From: Horticoccus luteus
Lineage (GTDB): Bacteria; Verrucomicrobiota; Verrucomicrobiia; Opitutales; Opitutaceae
Direction of reading: 5' to 3'
Assembly (NCBI RefSeq): GCF_019464535.1
Contig: NZ_CP080507.1
Location: forward strand, 3,360,001 to 3,392,000
DNA: 32,000 bases
The notes under the pieces are model-generated. The model was not told where the DNA came from and searched no databases. It saw only the letters and a program-made list of their open reading frames with translations. The position numbers and the translations under genes were made by a program. Each line of letters opens with the position of its first letter. Within the stretch, counting starts at the first letter, position 1. Positions 1 through 10,770 of this stretch are shown in pieces.

Positions 1-3000
1 CCGTGCCGGCTTGGATGCCGCCCAAGGTGATGTCGGTCGCGGCGAGGAGGCGGACGTTGCCGCCCGACGTGGCGATTTGCGCGTTGTCGGCGAAGTGGAT
101 CGCCCCCACCCCGGCCACGAGGTTCACGTCGCCGCCGGTGGTTTTGACGTCGGCGGTCGCGTTGAAGGTGAGGTTCGTCGCGCCGAGGAGTGTGATGTCG
201 CCGCTGCCGCTGAGGATATCGGCGTTCGCGGTGAGGTTCGCGGCGGAGAAGTAAACATTGCCGGTGCCGTTCGCGCTGACCGCGGTGTTGTTGGCGAAGC
301 CGTCGTTCAGCGTGAGGTCGCCCGCGATGATCGTGAGGGCGATGGAGCCGTTCGCGGTCGTCGTGAGGTCGGAGAGGGTTTCGGCGGTGAGTGCGGTGGA
401 CGTGAAGTCGGCCGCAACGGCGCGCACGGTGACCGACACGTTCGTGATCGTGAGCGCGTTGTCTTCGAGGAGGCTGATGCCGGCGCTGCCTGCGCTGGCG
501 GCGAGCGTGTCGAGGCCGACTTCGAGCGGGTTGGTCGCGGTGCCGATGCCCGTGCCGGCAACCAGGCGAGCGGCGGACGCGCTGATGTCTTGATAGGTGT
601 CGCCGCCGTCGAGGATCGAGCCCGCGGTGGCGGTCAAGGTGACGGAACCCGTGCCGGCTTGGATGCCGCCCAAGGTGATGTCGGTCGCGGCGAGCAAGCG
701 GACGTTGCCGTTGGAGGTCGCGACTTGCGCGTTGTCGGCGAAGTGGATCGCACCGGCGCTGGCGACCAAGTTCACGTCGCCGCCGGTGGTCTTGACGTCG
801 GCGGTCGTGGTGAACGTGAGGTTCGTGGCACCGAGGAGCGTGATGTCGCCGCTGCCAGAGAGGATGTCGGCGTTCGCGGTGACGTTCGCGGCGGAGAAGT
901 AAACGTTGCCGGTGCCGTTCGCGCTGACCGCGGTGTTATTCACGAAGCCGTCGTTCAGGGTGAGGTCGCCGGCGATGATCGTCAGGGCGATGGAGCCGTT
1001 CGCCGTCGTCGTGAGGTCGGAGAGGGTTTCGGCGGTGAGTGCGGTGGAGGTGAAGTCGGCCGCGACGGCGCGCACGGTGATGCTGACGTTGGTGATCGTG
1101 AGCGCGTTGTCTTCGACGAGGCTGATGCCGGCGCTGCCGGCGCTGGCGGCCAGGGTGTCGAGGCCGACTTCGAGGGGGTTCGTGGACGTGCCGATGCCGG
1201 TGCCAGCAACGAGGCGCGCGGCGCTGGCACTGATGTCTTGATACGTGTCCCCGCCGTCGAGGATCGAGCCGGCGGTGGCGGTCAACGTCACGGAGCCGGT
1301 GCCGGCTTGGATGCCGCCGAGCGTGATGTCGGTCGCGGCGAGGAGGCGGACGTTGCCGCCCGACGTGGCGATTTGCGCGTTGTCGGCGAAGAGGATCGCG
1401 CCCGCGGTGGCCACGAGGTTCACGTCGCCGCCGGTGGTTTTGACGTCGGCGGTCGCGTTGAAGGTGAGGTTCGTCGCGCCGAGGAGTGTGATGTCGCCGC
1501 TGCCGCTGAGGATGTCGGCGTTCGCGGTGAGGTTCGCGGCGGAGAAGTAAACGTTGCCGCTGCCGTTCGCGTTGACCGCGGTGTTGTTGGCGAAGCCGTC
1601 GTTCAGGGTGAGGTCGCCGGCGATGATCGTCAGGGCGATGGAGCCGTTCGCGGTCGTCGTGAGGTCGGAGAGGGTTTCGGCGGTGAGCACGGCGGACGTG
1701 AAGTCGGCGGCGACGGCGCGCACGGTGACGCTGACGTTGGTGATCGTGAGGGCGTTGTCTTCGAGGAGGCTGATGCCCGCGGAACCGGCGCTGGCGGCCA
1801 GGGTGTCGAGGCCGACTTCGAGCGGGTTCGTCGCGGTGCCGATGCCGGTGCCGGCGACCAGGCGCGCGGCGGACGCGCTGATGTCTTGATACGTGTCGCC
1901 GCCGTCGAGGATCGAGCCCGCGGTCGCAGTCAACGTGACGGAACCGGTGCCGGCTTGGAGGCCGCCCAAGGTGATGTCGGTCGCGGCGAGGAGGCGGACG
2001 TTGCCGCCCGAGGTCGCGATTTGCGCGTTGTCGGCGAAGTGGATGGCCCCCACCCCGGCCACGAGGTTCACGTCGCCGCCGCTCGTCTTGATGTCGGCCG
2101 TCGTGTTAAAGGTGAGGTTCGTCGCGCCGAGGAGCGTGATGTCGCCGCTGCCGCTGAGGATGTCCGCGTTCGCGGTGACGTTCGCGGCGGAGAAGTAGAC
2201 GTTGCCGCTGCCGTTCGCGCTGACCGCGGTGTTGTTCACGAAGCCGTCGTTCAGGGTGAGGTCGCCGGCGATGATCGTCAGGGCGATGGAGCCGTTCGCC
2301 GTCGTCGTGAGGTCGGAGAGGGTTTCGGCGGTGAGTGCGGTGGACGTGAAGTCGGCCGCGACGGCGCGCACGGTGACCGATACGTTGGTGATCGTGAGGG
2401 CGTTGTCTTCGAGGAGGCTGATTCCTGCGCTGCCCGCGGAGGCGGCCAAGGTGTCGAGGCCGACTTCGAGCGGGTTCGTCGCGGTGCCGATGCCCGTGCC
2501 GGCGACCAGGCGCGCGGCGCTGGCACTGATGTCTTGATACGTGTCGCCGCCGTCGAGGATCGAGCCCGCGGTCGCGGTCAGGGTAACGGAACCCGTGCCG
2601 GCTTGGAGGCCGCCCAAGGTGATGTCGGTCGCGGCGAGGAGGCGGACGTTGCCGCCCGAGGTCGCGATTTGCGCGTTGTCGGCGAAGTGGATGGCCCCCA
2701 CCCCGGCCACGAGGTTCACGTCGCCGCCGCTCGTCTTGATGTCGGCCGTCGTGTTAAAGGTGAGGTTCGTCGCGCCCAGCAGCGTGATGTCGCCGCTGCC
2801 GCTGAGGATATCGGCGTTCGCGGTGAGGTTCGCGGCGGAGAAGTAGACGTTGCCAGTGCCGTTCGCGCTGACCGACGTGTTGTTGGCGAAGCCGTCGTTC
2901 AGCGTCAGGTCGCCGGCGATGATCGTGAGGGCGATGGAGCCGTTCGCCGTCGTCGTGAGGTCGGAGAGGGTTTCGGCGGCGAGTGCGGCGGACGTGAAGT

Positions 3001-6000
3001 CGGCGGCGACGGCGCGCACCGTGACCGATACGTTCGTGATCGTGAGGGCGTTGTCTTCGACGAGGCTGATGCCCGCGCTGCCGGCGCTGGCGGCCAGGGT
3101 GTCGAGGCCGACTTCGAGCGGGTTCGTCGCGGTGCCGATGCCGGTGCCGGCGACCAGGCGCGCGGCGCTGGCGCTGATGTCTTGATACGTATCGCCGCCG
3201 TCGAGGATCGAGCCGGCCGTTGCAGTCAGGGTAACGGAACCCGTGCCGGCTTGGAGGCCGCCGAGCGTGATGTCGGTCGCGGCGAGGAGGCGGACGTTGC
3301 CGCCCGACGTGGCGATTTGCGCGTTGTCGGCGAAGAGGATCGCCCCCACCCCGGCCACGAGGTTCACGTCGCCGCCAGTGGTTTTGATGTCGGCGGTCGC
3401 GGTGAAGGTGAGGTTCGTGGCACCGAGGAGCGTGATGTCGCCGCTGCCGCTGAGGATGTCGGCGTTCGCGGTGAGGTTCGCGGCGGAGAAGTAAACGTTG
3501 CCGCTGCCGTTCGCGCTGACCGCGGTGTTGTTCACGAAGCCGTCGTTCAGCGTCAGGTCGCCGGCGATGATCGTGAGGGCGATGGAGCCGTTGGCGGTCG
3601 TCGTGAGATCAGAGAGGGTTTCAGCGGTGAGCGCGGCGGACGTGAAGTCGGCCGCGACGGCGCGCACCGTGACGCTGACGTTGGTGATCGTGAGGGCGTT
3701 GTCTTCGAGGATGCTGATGCCGGCGCTGCCGGCGCTGGCGGCGAGCGTGTCGAGGCCGACTTCGAGGGGGTTCGTGGACGTGCCGATGCCGGTGCCAGCG
3801 ACCAGGCGCGCGGCGCTGGCACTGATGTCTTGATAGGTGTCGCCGCCGTCGAGGATCGAGCCCGCGGTCGCGGTGAGGGTGACGGAGCCGGTGCCGGCTT
3901 GGATGCCGCCGAGCGTGATGTCGGTCGCGGCGAGCAGGCGGACGTTGCCGTTGGAGGTCGCGACTTGCGCGTTGTCGGCGAAGTGGATCGCGCCGGCGCT
4001 GGCCACGAGGTTCACGTCGCCGCCGCTCGTCTTGACGTCGGCGGTCGCGTTGAAGGTGAGGTTCGTCGCGCCGAGGAGCGTAATGTCGCCGCTGCCGCTG
4101 AGGATGTCCGCGTTGGCGGTGAGGTTCGCGGCGGAGAAGTAAACGTTGCCGGAGCCGTTCGCGCTAACCGCGGTGTTGTTCACGAAGCCGTCGTTCAGCG
4201 TGAGGTCGCCGGCGATGATCGTCAGGGCGATGGAGCCGTTCGCGGTCGTCGTGAGGTCGGAGAGGGTTTCGGCGGCGAGTGCGGCGGACGTGAAGTCGGC
4301 GGCGACGGCGCGCACCGTGACCGATACGTTCGTGATCGTGAGGGCGTTGTCTTCGACGAGGCTGATGCCCGCGCTGCCGGCGCTGGCGGCCAGGGTGTCG
4401 AGGCCGACTTCGAGCGGGTTCGTCGCGGTGCCGATGCCGGTGCCGGCGACCAGGCGCGCGGCGCTGGCGCTGATGTCTTGATACGTATCGCCGCCGTCGA
4501 GGATCGAGCCGGCCGTTGCAGTCAGGGTAACGGAACCCGTGCCGGCTTGGAGGCCGCCGAGCGTGATGTCGGTCGCGGCGAGGAGGCGGACGTTGCCGCC
4601 CGACGTGGCGATTTGCGCGTTGTCGGCGAAGAGGATCGCCCCCACCCCGGCCACGAGGTTCACGTCGCCGCCAGTGGTTTTGATGTCGGCGGTCGCGGTG
4701 AAGGTGAGGTTCGTGGCACCGAGGAGCGTGATGTCGCCGCTGCCGCTGAGGATGTCGGCGTTCGCGGTGAGGTTCGCGGCGGAGAAGTAAACGTTGCCGC
4801 TGCCGTTCGCGCTGACCGCGGTGTTGTTCACGAAGCCGTCGTTCAGCGTCAGGTCGCCGGCGATGATCGTGAGGGCGATGGAGCCGTTGGCGGTCGTCGT
4901 GAGATCAGAGAGGGTTTCAGCGGTGAGCGCGGCGGACGTGAAGTCGGCCGCGACGGCGCGCACCGTGACGCTGACGTTGGTGATCGTGAGGGCGTTGTCT
5001 TCGAGGATGCTGATGCCGGCGCTGCCGGCGCTGGCGGCGAGCGTGTCGAGGCCGACTTCGAGGGGGTTCGTGGACGTGCCGATGCCCGTGCCGGCGACCA
5101 GGCGCGCGGCGCTGGCACTGATGTCTTGATACGTGTCGCCGCCGTCGAGGATCGAGCCCGCGGTCGCAGTCAACGTGACTGAACCCGTGCCGGCTTGGAT
5201 GCCGCCCAAGGTGATGTCGGTCGCGGCGAGCAAGCGGACGTTGCCGTTGGAGGTCGCGACTTGCGCGTTGTCGGCGAAGTGGATCGCGCCGGCGGCCGCG
5301 ACCAAGTTCACGTCGCCACCGGTCGTCTTGACGTCGGCGGTCGCGTTGAAGGTGAGGTTCGTCGCGCCGAGGAGCGTGATGTCGCCGTTGCCAGAGAGGA
5401 TGTCGGCGTTCGCGGTGAGGTTCGCGGCGGAGAAGTAGACGTTGCCGGTGCCGTTCGCGCTGACCGCGGTGTTGTTCACGAAGCCGTCGTTCAGGGTGAG
5501 GTCGCCGGCGATGATCGTCAGGGCGATGGAGCCGTTCGCGGTCGTCGTGAGGTCGGAGAGGGTTTCGGCGGTGAGTGCGGTGGAGGTGAAGTCGGCCGCG
5601 ACGGCGCGCACGGTGATGCTGACGTTGGTGATCGTGAGGGCGTTGTCTTCGAGGAGGCTGATGCCTGCGCTGCCCGCGGAGGCGGCCAAGGTGTCGAGGC
5701 CGACTTCGAGCGGGTTCGTCGCGGTGCCGATGCCGGTGCCGGCGACCAGGCGCGCGGCGCTGGCGCTGATGTCTTGATAGGTGTCGCCGCCGTCGAGGAT
5801 CGAGCCCGCGGTGGCCGTGAGCGTGACGGAGCCGGTGCCGGCTTGGATGCCGCCGAGCGTGATGTCGGTCGCGGCGAGGAGGCGGACGTTGCCGCCTGAC
5901 GTGGCGATTTGCGCGTTGTCGGCGAAGTGGATCGCACCCGCGGTGGCCACGAGGTTCACGTCGCCGCCGGTGGTTTTGACGTCGGCGGTCGCGTTGAAGG

Positions 6001-9000
6001 TGAGGTTCGTCGCGCCGAGGAGCGTGATGTCGCCGCTGCCGCTGAGGATATCGGCGTTCGCGGTGAGGTTCGCGGCGGAGAAGTAGATGTTGCCGCTGCC
6101 GTTCGCGCTGACGGCGGTGTTGTTCACGAAGCCGTCGTTCAGCGTCAGGTCGCCGGCGATGATCGTGAGGGCGATGGAGCCGTTCGCGGTCGTCGTGAGA
6201 TCAGAGAGGGTTTCAGCGGCGAGCGCGGTGGACGTGAAGTCGGCCGCGACGGCGCGCACCGTGACCGTTACGTTCGTAATCGTGAGGGCGTTGTCTTCGA
6301 CGAGGCTGATGCCGGCGGAACCGGCGCTGGCGGCCAGCGTGTCGAGGCCGACTTCGAGCGGGTTGGTCGCGGTGCCGATGCCCGTGCCGGCAACCAGGCG
6401 AGCGGCGCTGGCGCTGATGTCTTGATAGGTGTCCCCGCCGTCGAGGATCGAGCCGGCGGTGGCGGTCAACGTCACGGAGCCGGTGCCGGCTTGGATGCCG
6501 CCGAGCGTGATGTCGGTCGCGGCGAGCAGGCGGACGTTGCCGTTCGAGGTGGCGACTTGCGCGTTGTCGGCGAAGTGGATCGCACCCGCGGCGGCCACGA
6601 GGTTCACGTCGCCGCCGGTGGTTTTGACGTCGGCGGTCGTGGTGAACGTGAGGTTCGTGGCACCGAGGAGCGTGATGTCGCCGCTGCCAGAGAGGATGTC
6701 GGCGTTGGCGGTGAGGTTCGCGGCGGAGAAGTAGATGTTGCCGGTGCCGTTCGCGCTGACCGCGGTGTTGTTCACGAAGCCGTCGTTCAGCGTGAGGTCG
6801 CCCGCGATGATTGTCAGGGCGATGGAGCCGTTCGCGGTCGTCGTGAGGTCGGAGAGGGTTTCGGCGGCGAGCGCGGTGGACGTGAAGTCGGCGGCGACGG
6901 CGCGCACCGTGACCGACACGTTCGTGATCGTGAGCGCGTTGTCTTCGAGGAGGCTGATGCCCGCGCTGCCGGCGCTGGCGGCCAGGGTGTCGAGGCTGAC
7001 TTCGAGGGGGTTCGTGGACGTGCCGATGCCGGTGCCGGCAACCAGACGCGCGGCGGACGCGCTGATGTCTTGATACGTGTCGCCGCCGTCGAGGATCGAG
7101 CCTGCGGTGGCGGTCAGGGTGACGGAGCCGGTGCCGGCTTGGATGCCGCCGAGCGTGATGTCGGTCGCGGCGAGGAGGCGGACGTTGCCGCCCGAGGTCG
7201 CGATTTGCGCGTTGTCGGCGAAGTGGATGGCGCCGGCGGCCGCGACCAAGTTCACGTCGCCGCCGGTGGTCTTGACGTCGGCGGTCGTGGTGAAGGTGAG
7301 GTTCGTCGCGCCGAGCAGCGTGATGTCGCCGCTGCCAGAGAGGATGTCGGCGTTGGTGGTGAGGTTCGCGGCGGAGAAGTAGATGTTGCCGGTGCCGTTC
7401 GCGCTGACCGCGGTGTTATTCACGAAGCCGTCGTTCAGGGTGAGGTCGCCGGCGATGATCGTCAGGGCGATGGAGCCGTTCGCCGTCGTCGTGAGGTCGG
7501 AGAGGGTTTCGGCGGTGAGTGCGGTGGAGGTGAAGTCGGCCGCGACGGCGCGCACGGTGATGCTGACGTTGGTGATCGTGAGCGCGTTGTCTTCGACGAG
7601 GCTGATGCCGGCGCTGCCGGCGCTGGCGGCCAGGGTGTCGAGGCCGACTTCGAGGGGGTTCGTGGACGTGCCGATGCCGGTGCCAGCAACGAGGCGCGCG
7701 GCGCTGGCACTGATGTCTTGATACGTGTCCCCGCCGTCGAGGATCGAGCCGGCGGTGGCGGTCAACGTCACGGAGCCGGTGCCGGCTTGGATGCCGCCGA
7801 GCGTGATGTCGGTCGCGGCGAGGAGGCGGACGTTGCCGCCCGAGGTCGCGATTTGCGCGTTGTCGGCGAAGAGGATCGCGCCCGCGGTGGCCACGAGGTT
7901 CACGTCGCCGCCGGTGGTTTTGACGTCGGCGGTCGCGTTGAAGGTGAGGTTCGTCGCGCCGAGGAGTGTGATGTCGCCGCTGCCGCTGAGGATGTCGGCG
8001 TTCGCGGTGAGGTTCGCGGCGGAGAAGTAAACGTTGCCGCTGCCGTTCGCGTTGACCGCGGTGTTGTTGGCGAAGCCGTCGTTCAGGGTGAGGTCGCCGG
8101 CGATGATCGTCAGGGCGATGGAGCCGTTCGCGGTCGTCGTGAGGTCGGAGAGGGTTTCGGCGGTCAGAGCGGTGGAGGTGAAGTCGGCCGCGACGGCGCG
8201 CACGGTGATGCTGACGTTCGTGATCGTGAGGGCGTTGTCTTCGACGAGGCTGATGCCGGCGGAGCCGGCGCTGGCGGCCAGGGTGTCGAGGCCGACTTCG
8301 AGGGGGTTCGTGGACGTGCCGATACCCGTGCCGGCGACCAGGCGCGCGGCGCTGGCGCTGATGTCTTGATAGGTGTCGCCGCCGTCGAGGATCGAGCCGG
8401 CGGTCGCCGTGAGCGTGACCGAGCCGGTGCCGGCTTGGATGCCGCCGAGCGTGATGTCGGTCGCGGCAAGGAGGCGGACGTTGCCGTCCGACGTGGCGAT
8501 TTGCGCGTTGTCGGCGAAGAGGATGGCACCCGCGCTGGCCACGAGGTTCACGTCGCCGCCGGTCGTCTTGACGTCGGCGGTCGCGTTGAAGGTGAGGTTC
8601 GTGGCACCGAGGAGCGTGATGTCGCCGCTGCCGCTGAGGATGTCCGCGTTGGCGGTGACGTTCGCGGCGGAGAAGTAAACGTTACCGCTGCCGTTCGCGC
8701 TGACCGCGGTGTTGTTCACGAAGCCGTCGTTCAGCGTGAGGTCGCCCGCGATGATTGTCAGGGCGATGGAGCCGTTCGCGGTCGTCGTGAGGTCGGAGAG
8801 GGTTTCGGCGGCGAGCGCGGTGGACGTGAAGTCGGCGGCGACGGCGCGCACGGTGACCGATACGTTGGTGATCGTGAGGGCGTTGTCTTCGAGGAGGCTG
8901 ATGCCTGCGCTGCCGGCGCTGGCGGCCAGGGTGTCGAGGCCGACTTCGAGCGGGTTCGTCGCGGTGCCGATGCCGGTGCCGGCGACCAGGCGGGCGGCGC

Positions 9001-10770
9001 TGGCGCTGATGTCTTGATACGTGTCGCCGCCGTCGAGGATCGAGCCCGCGGTGGCGGTGAACGTGACTGAACCCGTGCCGGCTTGGATGCCGCCGAGCGT
9101 GATGTCGGTCGCGGCGAGGAGGCGGACGTTGCCGCCCGAGGTCGCGACTTGCGCGTTGTCGGCGAAGAGGATCGCCCCCACCCCGGCCACCAGGTTCACG
9201 TCGCCGCCGCTCGTCTTGATGTCGGCCGTCGGGTTGAAGGTGAGGTTCGTCGCGCCGAGGAGCGTGATGTCGCCGCTGCCGCTGAGGATGTCGGCGTTCG
9301 CGGTGAGGTTCGCGGCGGAGAAGTAGACGTTGCCGCTTCCGTTCGCACTGACGGCGGTGTTGTTGGCGGCGCCGTCGTTCAGCGTCAGGTCGCCGGCGAT
9401 GATCGTCAGGGCGATGGAGCCGTTCGCGGTCGTCGTGAGGTCGGAGAGGGTTTCGGCGGTCAGAGCGGTGGAGGTGAAGTCGGCCGCGACGGCGCGCACC
9501 GTGATGCTGACGTTGGTGATCGTGAGGGCGTTGTCTTCGACGAGGCTGATGCCTGCGCTGCCGGCGCTGGCGGCCAGCGTGTCGAGGCCGACTTCGAGCG
9601 GGTTCGTCGACGTGCCGATGCCGGTGCCGGCAACCAGGCGCGCGGCGCTGGCGCTGATGTCTTGATAGGTGTCGCCGCCGTCGAGGATCGAGCCGGCGGT
9701 CGCGGTCAGGGTGACGGAACCCGTGCCGGCTTGGATGCCGCCGAGCGTGATGTCGGTCGCGGCGAGGAGGCGGACGTTGCCGCCCGACGTGGCGATTTGC
9801 GCGTTGTCGGCGAAGAGGATCGCGCCCGCGGTGGCCACGAGGTTCACGTCGCCACCGGTCGTCTTGATGTCGGCGGTCGCGTTGAAGGTGAGGTTCGTCG
9901 CGCCCAGCAGCGTGATGTCGCCGCTGCCGCTGAGGATGTCCGCGTTGGCGGTGAGGTTCGCGGCGGAGAAGTAAACGTTGCCGCTGCCGTTCGCGCTGAC
10001 GGCGGTATTGTCCACGAAGCCGTCGTTCAGCGTGAGGTCGCCCGCGATGATCGTCAGGGCGATGGAGCCGTTCGCGGTCGTCGTGAGGTCGGAGAGGGTT
10101 TCGGCGGTCAGAGCGGTGGACGTGAAGTCGGCGGCGACGGCGCGCACCGTGACCGACACGTTGGTGATCGTGAGCGCGTTGTCTTCGACGAGGCTGATGC
10201 CGGCGCTGCCGGCGCTGGCGGCCAGGGTGTCGAGGCCGACTTCGAGCGGGTTCGTCGCGGTGCCGATGCCGGTGCCGGCGACCAGGCGCGCGGCGCTGGC
10301 ACTGATGTCTTGATAGGTGTCGCCGCCGTCGAGGATCGAACCGGCCGTCGCCGTGAGCGTGACTGAACCCGTGCCGGCTTGGATGCCGCCGAGCGTGATG
10401 TCGGTCGCGGCGAGGAGGCGGACGTTGCCGCCCGAGGTCGCGATTTGCGCGTTGTCGGCGAAGTGGATCGCACCCGCGGTGGCGACCAAGTTCACGTCGC
10501 CGCCGGTCGTCTTGATGTCGGCGGTCGCGTTGAAGGTGAGGTTCGTCGCGCCGAGGAGCGTGATGTCGCCGCTGCCGCTGAGGATGTCGGCGTTGGCGGT
10601 GACGTTCGCGGCGGAGAAGTAAACGTTGCCGCTGCCGTTCGCGCTGACGGCGGTGTTGTTGGCGAAGCCGTCGTTCAGCGTCAGGTCGCCCGCGATGATC
10701 GTGAGGGCGATGGAGCCGTTCGCGGTCGTCGTGAGGTCGGAGAGGGTTTCGGCGGCGAGTGCGGCGGAGG
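1..10770 (-). repeat. Head-to-tail tandem array of a 648-bp (216-codon) unit. About 16.6 near-identical in-frame copies, truncated by the left window edge.
   Basis: The same landmark recurs at 258, 906, 1554, 2202, 2850, 3498, 4146, 4794, 5442, 6090, 6738, 7386, 8034, 8682, 9330, 9978 and 10626, spaced exactly 648 bp. The unit translated from 300-1 and its neighbours reads ..LNDGFANNTAVSANGTGNVYFSAANLTANADILSGSGDITLLGATNLTFNATADVKTTGGDVNLVAGVGAIHFADNAQIATSGGNVRLLAATDITLGGIQAGTGSVTLTATAGSILDGGDTYQDISASAARLVAGTGIGTATNPLEVGLDTLAASAGSAGISLLEDNALTITNVSVTVRAVAADFTSTALTAETLSDLTTTANGSIALTIIAGDLT.. Identity to the consensus drops sharply at about 10768. Confidence 0.95.

Noticed and set aside
11-5182. 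A 1,723-aa + strand ORF, and its siblings at 5195-5899, 5909-9070, 9083-10366, 10379-10804, 17585-18379, 18689-22447, 22538-24130, 24758-25519, 25658-27421, 27827-28852 and 30761-31489.
   Set aside because: All lie in the single + phase that is codon-aligned antisense to the minus-strand gene. Their products are Gly/Arg/Asp/Glu/Ala/Val low-complexity strings (GDVGRGEEADVAARRGDLRVVGEVD...). They break only where the real gene uses TCA, TTA or CTA codons. The minus frame, unlike these, is unbroken for 32 kb and contains recognisable domain signatures.
1-10770. Strict periodicity might suggest a CRISPR array or satellite DNA.
   Set aside because: The units are 648 bp and contiguous, with no spacers and no short palindromic repeats. 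They are translated in frame as part of a protein.
1-10770. Diversity-generating retroelement or other programmed hypervariation as the source of differences between units.
   Set aside because: No reverse transcriptase or template repeat lies in the window. The substitutions are not adenine-specific, for example CAC/CTC and GGC/AAC/GAC. The same alleles recur in several units, which fits recombination rather than mutagenesis.
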